Below are positions 20,912 to 30,303 of a stretch of DNA of 64,000 nt, one piece after another. Both the position numbers and the translations under genes were made by a program. The notes under the pieces were generated by a model that ran no database searches, was not told where the DNA came from, and was given only the letters and a program-made list of their open reading frames with translations. The stretch comes from an uncultured delta proteobacterium (GTDB lineage: Bacteria > Myxococcota_A > Polyangia > Polyangiales > B10-G4). The stretch's first letter is position 1; each line of letters begins with the position of its first letter. The DNA is taken from the NCBI GenBank assembly GCA_963727445.1, contig CAVSGI010000021.1:480001-544000 (forward strand), in the 5' to 3' direction.

Positions 20912-22880
20912 GGGCAGGCGTCCTGGCAGGAGCCGGAGCAGCATTCGCGCCGGTTGCCCCGGCAGTGATTGCCGCAGGTGCCGCAGTTGTCCGTGTCGTT
21001 GTCGACGTGCGCCTCGCAGCCGTCGCCCGGGCTCGTGTTGCAGTCGGCGAAGCCGTCGTTGCAGCTCGCCATCTCGCAGGTGCCCGCGTTGCAGGCGGCC
21101 GTCGCGTTGGCGAAGGAGCAGGCGTTGCCGCACGTGCCGCACGCGTCGGTGGTCGTGAAATCCACCTCGCATCCGTCGTGGGGGTCCCCGTTGCAATCCC
21201 CACGGCCGGGCTCGCAGTTCAAACGGCAGCTTCCGCCGATGCAGCTCGGTGACGCGCCGGGGCCGGTCGGACAAACGGTGCCACACGCCCCGCAGTTGTC
21301 GATGTCGCCGTCGATGAAGGCCTCGCACTCGTTGCGCAGGATGCCGTCGCAGTCCTCGAAGCCCGGAGCGCACACGACCATCTTGCAGACGCCGAAGGAG
21401 CAGTACTCGAGGTTCGTGGGATCGCAGCGCGTGCCGCAGCCGCCACAGTTGTCGTCGTCGAAGCGCACGTCGAGGCAGCGATCACCGCAGGCCTCGGCGG
21501 GGGCTGCGCAGCTCTCGACGCAGCCGGTGCCGAGGGGAGGCGCCGCGCAGATCGCCGTGGGGGGCGCGCAGGACGTCATGCAGTCGCCGCAGGTCGTCGC
21601 AGAGGCGAGGTCCGCTTCGCATCCGTCGGAGGCGTCGGCGTTGCAGTCTCCGCGCGGGCCGTAGCACTCCGAGATGGTGCAGGTGCCGGTGTGGCAGTCG
21701 GTGACGGCATCGTCGACGGCGCAGGCGGTGTCGCATCCGCCACAGTCGGTGAGGGTGGTGGCGGAGGTCTCGCAGCCGGATGCATCGCTGCTGTCGCAGC
21801 TCGCCCAGCCAGGATCGCAGGCGCCCGTGGTACAGCTGCCCGCAGTGCAGGTCGCCTCCGCGTTGTCGATGGTGCAGCGGGCCCCGCAGGCCCCGCAGTT
21901 CCGCGCGTCCGCGTCGGTGTCGGTGCAGCTCGTCCCGCAGAGGGTGGTCCCGGCAGGACAGGTCGTGACGCACGTGGGCGAAGCGCCCGAGACGTCGCAG
22001 TTCGGCGTCGCGGCGTCGCACGCGTCCGCGCAGGTGCTGCAGTCGCTGCCCGTGCCCAGGGGCGTCTCGCAGCCGTTGGCGAGCACGCCATCGCAGTCCG
22101 CCCACCCGTCATGGCAGCCGACGAGCTCGCAGGTGCCGCTCTCGCAGGTCTCGGTCGCGTGATCGAGCGCGCAGAGGGGAGACTCCCCCGGCATGCGGCA
22201 GCGCCCGCAGTCGGTCAGCGTGCGGATGGAGGTCTCGCAACCGTTCCGCGGGTCCGAGTCGCAGTCGAAGAAGTCGTCTTCACAGGTGACGAGCTCGCAG
22301 CTTCCGTCGGCGCAGCGCGGGGTGCCGTGCGGCGTGCGACAGGGCATGTCGCAACCCCCGCAGTGATCGAGGGAGGTGGTGATGTCGACCTCGCACCCGT
22401 CGTCGGGGTCGATGTTGCAGTTGCCGAAGCCCGGAGGGCACTCCTCGCCCGTGCCGCCGTCGGTCTCCGCGCAGATCCCCGCGTCGCAGAGCGTCGGGCT
22501 GCAGGCGGCGGTCGGCGTCTGCGCGTCGAGCACCACCTCCACCATCCCGCTTTCGTCGGGCAGGTTGATGGTGGTGCAGCCGGTCACGATCACCCGGCAC
22601 GCCGCGTCGCGGCCCGAGACCCGGAAGCCGTAGGTGCCGGGATCGAGGTTGGGGGGGAGGGCGCATCTCCCGGCCCGGCCGCGGGAAACTGGATGTCGTA
22701 GAGCTCCTCCATGCCGCTGCAGCCGCCGAGCTCGATGCTCGCTTCGAAGGCGACGACTTCGGGGCCGAGCGTGGGGTCGGTGAAGCGGACGTCCCACTGC
22801 AGCTCCTGGGCGGAATTACACGCCAAGAGGCCGAAGAGGGCCGTCGACAGCGCCGCGCGCCGGGGCCATGACAAGCTCAC
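20908..22880 (-). CDS. Large Cys-rich repeat lipoprotein (frameshift in G7 run at 22651-22657)
   Basis: Lipobox LLA-C in ORF 22590..22880 joins ORF 20908..22797 if one C is added ('APSPP-NLDPG'); many 'CDG...GCE...CG.C...C' repeats. Confidence 0.75.
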
Positions 22881-22919
22881 TCGAACACGATAGCCGAAGG
22901 CCGACGCGGCGCCCAGTAC

Positions 22920-23555
22920 TCAGAAACTACCGAGGAAAACGGCCCCGCAGGGGGTGAGGATCGCCGCGGCTTCCGCCCCTTCGCCGTGGCTCCTGCTCGA
23001 CAGGCCCCAGTAGAGCCCGCCCGCGACGCCGACCACGCCCACGGCGAGGAAGGGGATGCTCACGCCGAGCAGCGTGTCGTCGCCGCTCCCAATCCCCGCG
23101 CCGAGGAGAATGGCACCGGCGACGAGCAGGGCGCCCCCCACCGCGGCGACGATCCAGGGCGCCGCCCCCGGGCCTTCGGGGACGTCGGCGTCGCCCCGCG
23201 CGATCGCCTCGCGCAGCTCGGTGACCTTGCGCTCCACCGACGCCCGGCGCGGGTGCACCGCGCTCGTCTCGCGGAGGTACCGCTCGAGCGCATCGAGGGC
23301 TCGTCGCAGTCGGCCGGCACGTCGGGCGGACTCGCCGATTTGGTAGAGGAGCTCCGGGCGCGGCTCGAGGCGGTAGGCCTCCTGGAAGGCTCGCATCGCG
23401 CCCTCGTACTGCCCGTTGTGAAAGGACGCCTGTCCCATCTGAAACGCGGTGCGGGCGTCGGGCTCCCCCTCGATCTCGGCGAGCTGGGCGTGCGCGTCGC
23501 CGGGCGACCACAGGGCGCTCGCCACGACGAGGGCGATGCCGAAGAGGCGCCTCAC
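22920..23555 (-). CDS. Exported TPR protein with two C-terminal hydrophobic segments
   Basis: GTG 23555 overlapping the upstream TGA; 'AFQEAYRLEPRPELLYQIG'; ends 'GAVFLGSF'. Confidence 0.8.
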   Translation of the reverse strand: MRRLFGIALVVASALWSPGDAHAQLAEIEGEPDARTAFQMGQASFHNGQYEGAMRAFQEAYRLEPRPELLYQIGESARRAGRLRRALDALERYLRETSAVHPRRASVERKVTELREAIARGDADVPEGPGAAPWIVAAVGGALLVAGAILLGAGIGSGDDTLLGVSIPFLAVGVVGVAGGLYWGLSSRSHGEGAEAAAILTPCGAVFLGSF

Positions 23556-24589
23556 ACGTTCATCTTGGCCGTGATGTCGCTCCAGAACTCGCTGTCGCCG
23601 ACCAGGTCGACCACCGCGACGGCTTCGGCCGCCGCCCGATCGGGGCGCCGCCCTCGCGCTTCGAGGCGATGTCGGATGTCCTCGCAGATGACGTAGCGCG
23701 TGACGAGATCGGTGCGAGCGAGGGCGAAGTGGCCATCCTCGGCCCACTCGAGCGCCCAGATCTCGTCGGCGATCCAGTCGGCGACGATGCTCGCGGGAGA
23801 TTCGTTCTCCGGCGAGCGCGCTTCAGCGCGATCGAAGGAAGGGCCCCACGCGAGGTCGTCGATGCGCTGCCGCTTCATCCCGTTCAGCCCGCGGATCGAC
23901 TGCGCGAACCAGGCGAGGGCCGAGCCGAAGCGCGTGTCGTCGGCGCCCTCGTCCATCATCTCCTTGGCCTCGAGCTTCCAGCTCGAGCGGTGGAGCTTCG
24001 GAAAAGGCTTCTGATCGAGCACCGCCATCGGTGATTCACCGGCGGCCAGGCGGGTGAGAAGCTCCTCCTCGAGCTTCGTCCACTCGGCGAAAGCGACCTT
24101 CTTCTTCTGGGTGAGGCGGATCGAGTTTCCGATGTCGCGGTCGGCCGTGAGCTTGCCCTTCTTGTCGCGCAGCGAGGGCGCGGCGTCCTCGGCGACCAGG
24201 AGCGGCCGGCGTCCGAGGGTGCGGCACGGACATCGATGCCGCGTGGTGACGCGCCCGCCCGTGGGGGTGGCGGCGAGGCCGAGGGGAAAGCGGCGACATC
24301 CGGCAGGCTTGGCTTCGGGCCCCAGCGCCGCGTGCAGATAGCAGCGGTCCGGGCCGAGGAAGAGGCAGCCTCCATCGCCGCGCGTGCGCAGCATCGGCTC
24401 GTCGAAGCCGTCGTCGCTCGGCGGCTCCACCACCGCTGGCGAGACCAGGGACAGCGCCCGGACCTCTTTCTTCGTGAGCGGGCCGAGGCCGTGCAGATCG
24501 GTGCAGCAGAGGCCGTCTCCGAAGCACGTGTAATGCGCCCCGGTCCGTGCGATCAGGGGCTCCGTAAGGGCGGCGTTCTTCTTGCCCAT
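23552..24589 (-). CDS. YkgJ/CxxCxxCC-like cysteine cluster protein
   Basis: 'CFGDGLCC', 'CLFL...CYLH...KPAGCRRFP'. Confidence 0.75.
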   Translation of the reverse strand: MGKKNAALTEPLIARTGAHYTCFGDGLCCTDLHGLGPLTKKEVRALSLVSPAVVEPPSDDGFDEPMLRTRGDGGCLFLGPDRCYLHAALGPEAKPAGCRRFPLGLAATPTGGRVTTRHRCPCRTLGRRPLLVAEDAAPSLRDKKGKLTADRDIGNSIRLTQKKKVAFAEWTKLEEELLTRLAAGESPMAVLDQKPFPKLHRSSWKLEAKEMMDEGADDTRFGSALAWFAQSIRGLNGMKRQRIDDLAWGPSFDRAEARSPENESPASIVADWIADEIWALEWAEDGHFALARTDLVTRYVICEDIRHRLEARGRRPDRAAAEAVAVVDLVGDSEFWSDITAKMNV

Positions 24590-24727
24590 CAGAGGGGGCG
24601 GCTTAGCTCAGGGATCGGGAAAAGTCGAGGATCGAGGGCAGCCAAAAGGAGCTGAGTCACGGCCCACGATCCAAAGGCGGATGTGTTATCTTCCACTGGC
24701 GCCACCGCGCTGATTCTGCTGACGAAG

Positions 24728-25339
24728 ATGAAGGGTCCCTCCCCCCTACTCGGGTACAACACCAACGTCCGCCACGCCGGGAAGCTGTATCACATCCAGA
24801 CGGAGGACTCGGGAGTGCGACACCCGCACGTGATCACGCACCTCTTCGCCGACGGGGGGCGGATCATCGCGTCCAAGAAGACGACCTACGCCGAGCACGT
24901 CGGCGCCGAGGACTTCCAGGCGATCGTGAAGCAGCTGATGCGGGCGCAGCACAAGGAGATGTTCATCGCCTTGCGCGATGGCGTCTACGACGAGGACGAG
25001 CCGGGCGCCGCTGCGGCCGCGCCGACGCCCGACAAGACCGACGAGGATCTGCCGCTCGACCTCGACGTGGACCTCGAGCCGAGTGCGCCGCAAATCGACG
25101 AGGCGGCTCTCGATGCGGCGGCCGCTGCTTACGGCGAGCTGCCCGGGACCGGAGAGCAGGAGCGTCCGAAGACGCCCCACAGCCCGGGTCTCTACCAGTC
25201 CACGCAGCCCGCGGTCGAGGTCGCGGGACGCAAGGGCAAGCAGTCGGAGTCGATCTTCGGCAACGACCTGTTGAGCGAGAAGTCCCTCGACGAGGTCATC
25301 CTCAGCTACCTGGCCGAGGACCTCGAGGAAACCGAGTAG
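24728..25339 (+). CDS. Conserved hypothetical protein
   Basis: 'GYNTNVRH.GKLYHIQTEDSG..HPHVITHLF' N-domain and 'SLDEVILSYL' tail, recalled as a recurrent myxobacterial family. Confidence 0.7.
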   Translation: MKGPSPLLGYNTNVRHAGKLYHIQTEDSGVRHPHVITHLFADGGRIIASKKTTYAEHVGAEDFQAIVKQLMRAQHKEMFIALRDGVYDEDEPGAAAAAPTPDKTDEDLPLDLDVDLEPSAPQIDEAALDAAAAAYGELPGTGEQERPKTPHSPGLYQSTQPAVEVAGRKGKQSESIFGNDLLSEKSLDEVILSYLAEDLEETE

Positions 25340-25379
25340 CGAACTCCGTCCCCGCGCGACAATCGCGTATCCTCCCGCC

Positions 25380-26225
25380 ATGCGGCGAGGGTGGATTGCG
25401 GGGGCGTGGGTGCTGGGCGCGGCGACGTGCCTGCTCGCCTCGATGGCCCGCGCTGGCGACCACGACGAGCCGACGACCGAGCGCGAAAGCGCCCCGCAAG
25501 GCTCCGCCGACGCGGCGGTGGTCGACCTCTCCGCCCTGGTGCCAGAGCGTTGGCTCTCCTCGGAGGCGGACGCCCTGCCCATCCAGTCTCCGCGCCTGCT
25601 CCGGACCCTGCCCAGGGAGTGCCACACCCGCGGCGGCTACCGCGATCACTGCCAGGGGCCGCGGCGGGTGGTAGAGCCCTCGGGGGCCGCCGCGCGCCTG
25701 GCTCGGCGTCTCTCGCTCGGGCAGCGGGCGAGCGCGCTGCTGCTCCGGCACGGCGCCGCGGCGCCCGAGTGGCTCGCGGTGGTGCAGGGCAGGGACGCGG
25801 AAGAGGAGCTCACCTTTCCGGTCGCCGAGGGTCGCATCGGTCGCGGCTTTGGTCGGGTGCGTCGTGGCGAGCTCGCCTCTCGGCCGCATTGGGGGGTGGA
25901 CATCGGCGCCGAGGAGGGCACCACCATCGTCGCCGCCCGCGGTGGTCTGGTGGTCTACAGCGACAACGGCATGACCGGTTACGGCAACGTGGTGATGCTC
26001 CTGCACGAGGACGACTCGTCCACTTTCTACGCCCACTGCTCGCGAACGACGGTGGCCGCTGGAGAGCTCGTCGCGCGCGGGCAGAAGATCGCCGAGGTGG
26101 GCTCGACGGGCTTCGCCGAGCAGCCCCATCTCCATTGGGAGTATCGGATCCGCGGTTGGGCGCGCGATCCGGTGGCGCGGAGCGACCGCGCGACGCCAGC
26201 GCAGCGCGCGCGCGTGCGGCGCTGA
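25380..26225 (+). CDS. M23 family metallopeptidase
   Basis: HWGVD (HxxxD), YAH, PHLHWE. Confidence 0.9.
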   Translation: MRRGWIAGAWVLGAATCLLASMARAGDHDEPTTERESAPQGSADAAVVDLSALVPERWLSSEADALPIQSPRLLRTLPRECHTRGGYRDHCQGPRRVVEPSGAAARLARRLSLGQRASALLLRHGAAAPEWLAVVQGRDAEEELTFPVAEGRIGRGFGRVRRGELASRPHWGVDIGAEEGTTIVAARGGLVVYSDNGMTGYGNVVMLLHEDDSSTFYAHCSRTTVAAGELVARGQKIAEVGSTGFAEQPHLHWEYRIRGWARDPVARSDRATPAQRARVRR

Positions 26226-26253
26226 CCCGCCGGTCCCGCTGATGGTGTCGAGG

Positions 26254-27195
26254 TCAGCGTGGATGCAGGGCCGCCGCTGCCGTCGCCGCGACGTCGCGGG
26301 TCGACAGCGCGATGCGATCGGCGACGAAGCTGACCGCGGGGTCCTTGTCGACCGCGCTCCGCCAGAGGAGCTCCATCGGCGCGCCTTCGAGGGGGAAGGG
26401 CACCTTGGCGGTCGCGAGGTGCGGGCGCAGGCGACGGATGCTCGCCGCGACTGGCGTGGGCACGGTCGCGATCAGCGGGCTCTCGTCGACGATGGCGCCG
26501 ATGGAATGAAACGAAGGCACCGAGACGCGGACCGTGCGGCTCACGCCGAAGAGGTCTTCGAGGATCCCCCGTCGGTCTCCGTTGTACGAGACGATGACGT
26601 GCTCGGCTGCGAGGTAACGGGATTTCGAGGGGCGCGGCCCGAGCTCCACCAGGGTCGGGTTGTAGAGGGCGACGAAGCCGCCGGTGAAGAGCGTCTTGCG
26701 GACGATGCCGGCCGGCACCTCGTCCGCCACCGTGACCGCCAGGTCGACCTCGGCGCTCGCGAGGGCGTCGCCCACGGTGCGGAATTGAACGGGTAGAACG
26801 ACCAAGGCCATCATCGGCGCTTCCTCGGCGAGGCGAGAGAGGAGCGCGGGTAGAAGCCACTGCTCGTTTGCGTCGGCGAGGCCCAGCCGCACCACTCGGT
26901 TGCTGGTCAGAGGGTCGAAGCTGCCCGTGGTGCGGGTGGCGTCGAGGAGCGCTTCGAGGTGTGGGCGCGCCGCGCTCGCGAGCTCGCGTCCCGCCGCGGT
27001 GAGGGCGAGACCGCGACCCTGGCGGACGAAGAGCTCGGCATCGATGGTGCGTTGAAGCCGCTTGAGCGCCGCGCTCACCGCGGGTTGGGTGACGTAGAGG
27101 ACCTTGGCGGCCGCGGTGACGCTCCCCTGCTCCGCCACCACCAGAAAGACCCGGAGGAGGTTGAGATCGAAGTCCCTTTCATAAACCTCGCTCAT
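26254..27195 (-). CDS. LysR family transcriptional regulator
   Basis: 'DLNLLRVF...SVTAAAKVLYVTQPAVSAALKRL'. Confidence 0.92.
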   Translation of the reverse strand: MSEVYERDFDLNLLRVFLVVAEQGSVTAAAKVLYVTQPAVSAALKRLQRTIDAELFVRQGRGLALTAAGRELASAARPHLEALLDATRTTGSFDPLTSNRVVRLGLADANEQWLLPALLSRLAEEAPMMALVVLPVQFRTVGDALASAEVDLAVTVADEVPAGIVRKTLFTGGFVALYNPTLVELGPRPSKSRYLAAEHVIVSYNGDRRGILEDLFGVSRTVRVSVPSFHSIGAIVDESPLIATVPTPVAASIRRLRPHLATAKVPFPLEGAPMELLWRSAVDKDPAVSFVADRIALSTRDVAATAAAALHPR

Positions 27196-27274
27196 GGGTT
27201 CCATCCTTATTATTACATGGATGTCTGAGTTGGTGCAGCCCATCTTGGGACCTCGACCACAGGGAGGGAGCGAC

Positions 27275-28258
27275 ATGGCGACCGACGAGACGAAGGTGAG
27301 GCTGGGCAAGAGCGGCCCCGAGGTGCATCGCATCGGCCTGGGCTGCATGGGGATGAGCGGGGCGTATGGCGCGGCCGACGAGGCGGAGGGGATCGCGACC
27401 ATCCAGCACGCGATCGATCGTGGGATCACCCTCCTCGACACGGGCGACTTCTACAGCATGGGTCACAACGAGCGGCTGATCCGCAAAGCGATCGCGGTCC
27501 GCCGCGATCAGGTGACGCTCTCCGTGAAGTTCGGGGCGCTCCGCGATCCCCGTGGCCAGTGGCTCGGCACCGACACCCGACCGGCGGCGGTGAAGAACTT
27601 CGTCGCCTATTCGCTCGATCGGTTGGGGGTGGAAGCGATCGATGTCTATCGCCCGGCGCGTCTCGATCCGAACGTTCCGATCGAGGACACCGTCGGCGCC
27701 ATCGCGGAGCTGATCGAAGCGGGGTACGTCAAGCACGTCGGCCTCTCCGAGGTGGGGGTCGACACCATCCGCCGCGCCGCGGCCGTCCACCCCATCTCCG
27801 ATCTCCAGATCGAGTACGCGCTCGTGACGCGCGGACCGGAGAAAGCGATCTTCCCGGTGCTCCGCGAGCTCGGCGCCAGCGCGACGATCTACGGGATCTT
27901 CAGTCGCGGCCTTCTGACCGGTAGCAAGCCGGCCGCCAGAGGGGACTACCGCGCCTTTCTCCCGCGCTTCAAAGCCGACGGAAATCAGCAGACGGTGGAA
28001 GCGTTCGCGAAGCTCGCCAAGGAGCAGGGCCGCACGCCCGCGCAGCTCGCCCTCGGCTGGGTTCTCGCGCGGCAGCCCGGCTTCGTCGCGTTGATCGGCG
28101 CCAAGAAGCCTTCGCACGTCGACGAGGCGCTCGAGGTCGTCGAGCGACCGCTCAGCGAGGACGAGCTCGCTGCGGTCGAACGCGTCGTCCCCGAGAGCGC
28201 CATCGAGGGAACGCGCTATGGCGCGGAGCAGATGAAGCGTCTCGACAGCGAACGGTGA
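27275..28258 (+). CDS. Aldo/keto reductase
   Basis: 'IGLGCMGMS', 'DTGDFY', 'GLSE'; divergent from the LysR gene. Confidence 0.92.
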   Translation: MATDETKVRLGKSGPEVHRIGLGCMGMSGAYGAADEAEGIATIQHAIDRGITLLDTGDFYSMGHNERLIRKAIAVRRDQVTLSVKFGALRDPRGQWLGTDTRPAAVKNFVAYSLDRLGVEAIDVYRPARLDPNVPIEDTVGAIAELIEAGYVKHVGLSEVGVDTIRRAAAVHPISDLQIEYALVTRGPEKAIFPVLRELGASATIYGIFSRGLLTGSKPAARGDYRAFLPRFKADGNQQTVEAFAKLAKEQGRTPAQLALGWVLARQPGFVALIGAKKPSHVDEALEVVERPLSEDELAAVERVVPESAIEGTRYGAEQMKRLDSER

Positions 28259-28273
28259 GGGGGGGTGGCGTGC

Positions 28274-28412
28274 GCAGCCTTCGCTTCGCTCGGCTGCTTG
28301 CGTCGACGCTGGGGCGCGGGGGGCCGGAAACGCTCAATTGAGGTCAGGGGCTGCGCCCCCAACACCGACGAGGGGGAGGGTCCCCCTCGTCGCCTCGCGC
28401 TTCGCGCTCGGC
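28274..28412. repeat. Cluster of short REP-like hairpins
   Basis: gcagccttcgcttcgctcggctgc; ggggctgcgcccc; gacgaggggga-ggg-tccccctcgtc; gcctcgcgcttcgcgctcggc. Confidence 0.6.
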
Positions 28413-28438
28413 TCTCACGTCTGCCCGGTCGCTGTGTT

Positions 28439-28830
28439 TGAGCCTGACCCGCTGGGCTAACGGGGACGGTCTACACTTTTCAACTTTCGCCACGCGCGCC
28501 CGGGTTCCATCCGCATGCGCACGGCCCGCTAACGGGTGAGCCTGACCCGCTGGGCTAACGGGGACGGTCTACACTTTTCAACTTTCGCCACGCGCGCCCG
28601 GGTTCCATCCGCATGCGCGCGGCCCAGCCGAAAGTTGAAAAGTGTAGACCGTCCCCATCAAGCGCATGATCAAGCGCATGCGCGCGGCCCAGCCGAAAGT
28701 TGAAAAGTGCAGACCGTCCCCATCAAGCGGTCCCCATCAAGCGATGCTCGAGCCGAAAGTTGAAAAGTGTAGACCGTCCCCATCAAGCGCCCATCAAGCG
28801 GTCCCCATCAAGCGCGGTCCCCATCAAGCG
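28439..28830. repeat. Complex palindromic repeat: 28-bp element in two direct and three inverted copies, inside 89-bp tandem duplications
   Basis: ggggacggtctacacttttcaactttcg at 28462 and 28560; reverse complement at 28629, 28694 (1 mismatch) and 28754. 89-bp direct repeat at 28439/28537; trailing (gtcc)ccatcaagcg units. Confidence 0.92.
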
Positions 28831-28873
28831 CTCCTGAGCGAGCGAGCGCAGCGAAGCGCAAGCGACGCGCAGA

Positions 28874-30227
28874 CTACAGCGCTAGAATCGCCCCGCCTCG
28901 GGGATAGCTGAGCTCGGGCCCCACGGGATCGCAGCCTTGCATCGGCGGGGTGTTCTCGCATTGGTGTTCGTCCACATGGCCCACCAGCGTTCCGCCCCAG
29001 ACGAAGAGGCGACGCCCGGTCCAGGCGATGGCAGCGTTGACCCGATTCTTCACCGGTCCGGGATCGATCTCGGTCCAGGTGTCCGCGTTCGGGTCGTAGA
29101 GGGCGAGCCATTTCAGGTCGCGATGGCGAAGCAGGAGGCGGCCGTCGTCGAGGGCGTGCGCACGCACCCACGTGGTGTCGACGTGGCGCGACAAGGCGAC
29201 CGGGCGCCATCGATTGGCCACCGGATCGTAGCTCCCGCCTGTGTGTATCGGCTCGCCGACGCATCCCTGACACGCCGCGTGACCGCCGAGCACGTAGACC
29301 CGTTCGCCGGCTACGGTGACGAGGGAGTCGTCGGAGATCGCCGGCGCACCCTCTTCGGTCACCGGCGTCCACCGCCGCGCGCGCAGATCGAAGACACCAC
29401 CATCGGTACGGATCCCGTCCTGGTCTCGCCCCCCGAAGACCACGACCACCTCTGCCACGTGCTCGACGACGAGCGGTGAGCGAGGCGCGGGCGCACCTTC
29501 GGTCGGCAGCGCCATCCAGGTCGCGTCGGGGATCGACAGCAGATAAGCGTCGCCGAGATGCCGTCCTGGAGGATTCTCCCAGCCGCCGTAGAGGAAGACA
29601 CCGTCGTCGACCTCCGTCACCCCTTGTTGCGTGCGACGTGGCGGCACGTGGCCGCCCACCGGTTGTGTGGAGCCGTCCACGGCGACGAGGCGGGTGTGGG
29701 CAAAGTCCACCCAGCTCGCTTCGTAGTCCGCCACCACCATCAAATCGCCCACCGCCGCGATCGGAGACGCCATCAGGGCATCGGGTGCGGGCGAAAGAGA
29801 GGTGAGCTCCACGTTCGAGAGAAGCCCCGCCGTGTCGTTGGGCGGAAGGACGTGCGTCACGAAGAGGCGACCGCCCAGGTTCTGAAAGACGTTGCCGAAG
29901 CGTCCGAGCTCCGCGGGCAGGGACACCTCCGCCCACGCGTCGTCGCAGGGGTCGAAGCTCGCCGCGCTGCTCCGCTCCATCTGCTCACGGCGGAGGACGA
30001 GGATCTTCTCGCCATTCCACGCAGCCAGAGGTGGCGGTCCCTGACGGTTGTGAAGCGGGCCGTCCGGCAGCGCTGACCATCGTCCGGGGTCGTCCACCGG
30101 ACACTCATCCGCATATGAAAAGACGCGCGACCCCGCCGGCTCGGGATGGGGCTTGGTCGGAGCGTGTCTCACGCGCAGTGGCGCCGCACGCCGACAGGAG
30201 TAGGAGGGGCCAGATCAGAGTACGCAC
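28874..30227 (-). CDS. Kelch-repeat lipoprotein (apparent +1 frameshift near 30150)
   Basis: Kelch motifs 'FLYGG', 'VVFGG', 'YVLGG', 'FVWGG'. Lipoprotein signal 'MRTLIWPLLLLSA-C' from GTG 30227 lies in the adjacent frame, with TAGATT 6 nt upstream. Confidence 0.75.
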
Positions 30228-30303
30228 GGCCTCAATCTATCGATCCGGTGCCTGACCGAAAACCCGTGTCCGAAAGCGCATCCGGTATGATCCCGACCTG
30301 GCT

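Noticed and set aside
20930..22450. Dense gca/gcag periodic repeats
   Set aside because: These are Cys codons of the minus-strand repeat protein, not an independent DNA element.
28439..28830. CRISPR array (28-bp repeats with spacing of about 60-100 bp)
   Set aside because: Copies occur in both orientations, the intervening sequences are themselves duplicated rather than unique, and there are no cas genes.
28666..28911. 81-aa ORF with repeated PKVEKCRPSPSS
   Set aside because: It is only a translation of the DNA repeat, with no RBS or coding signal.
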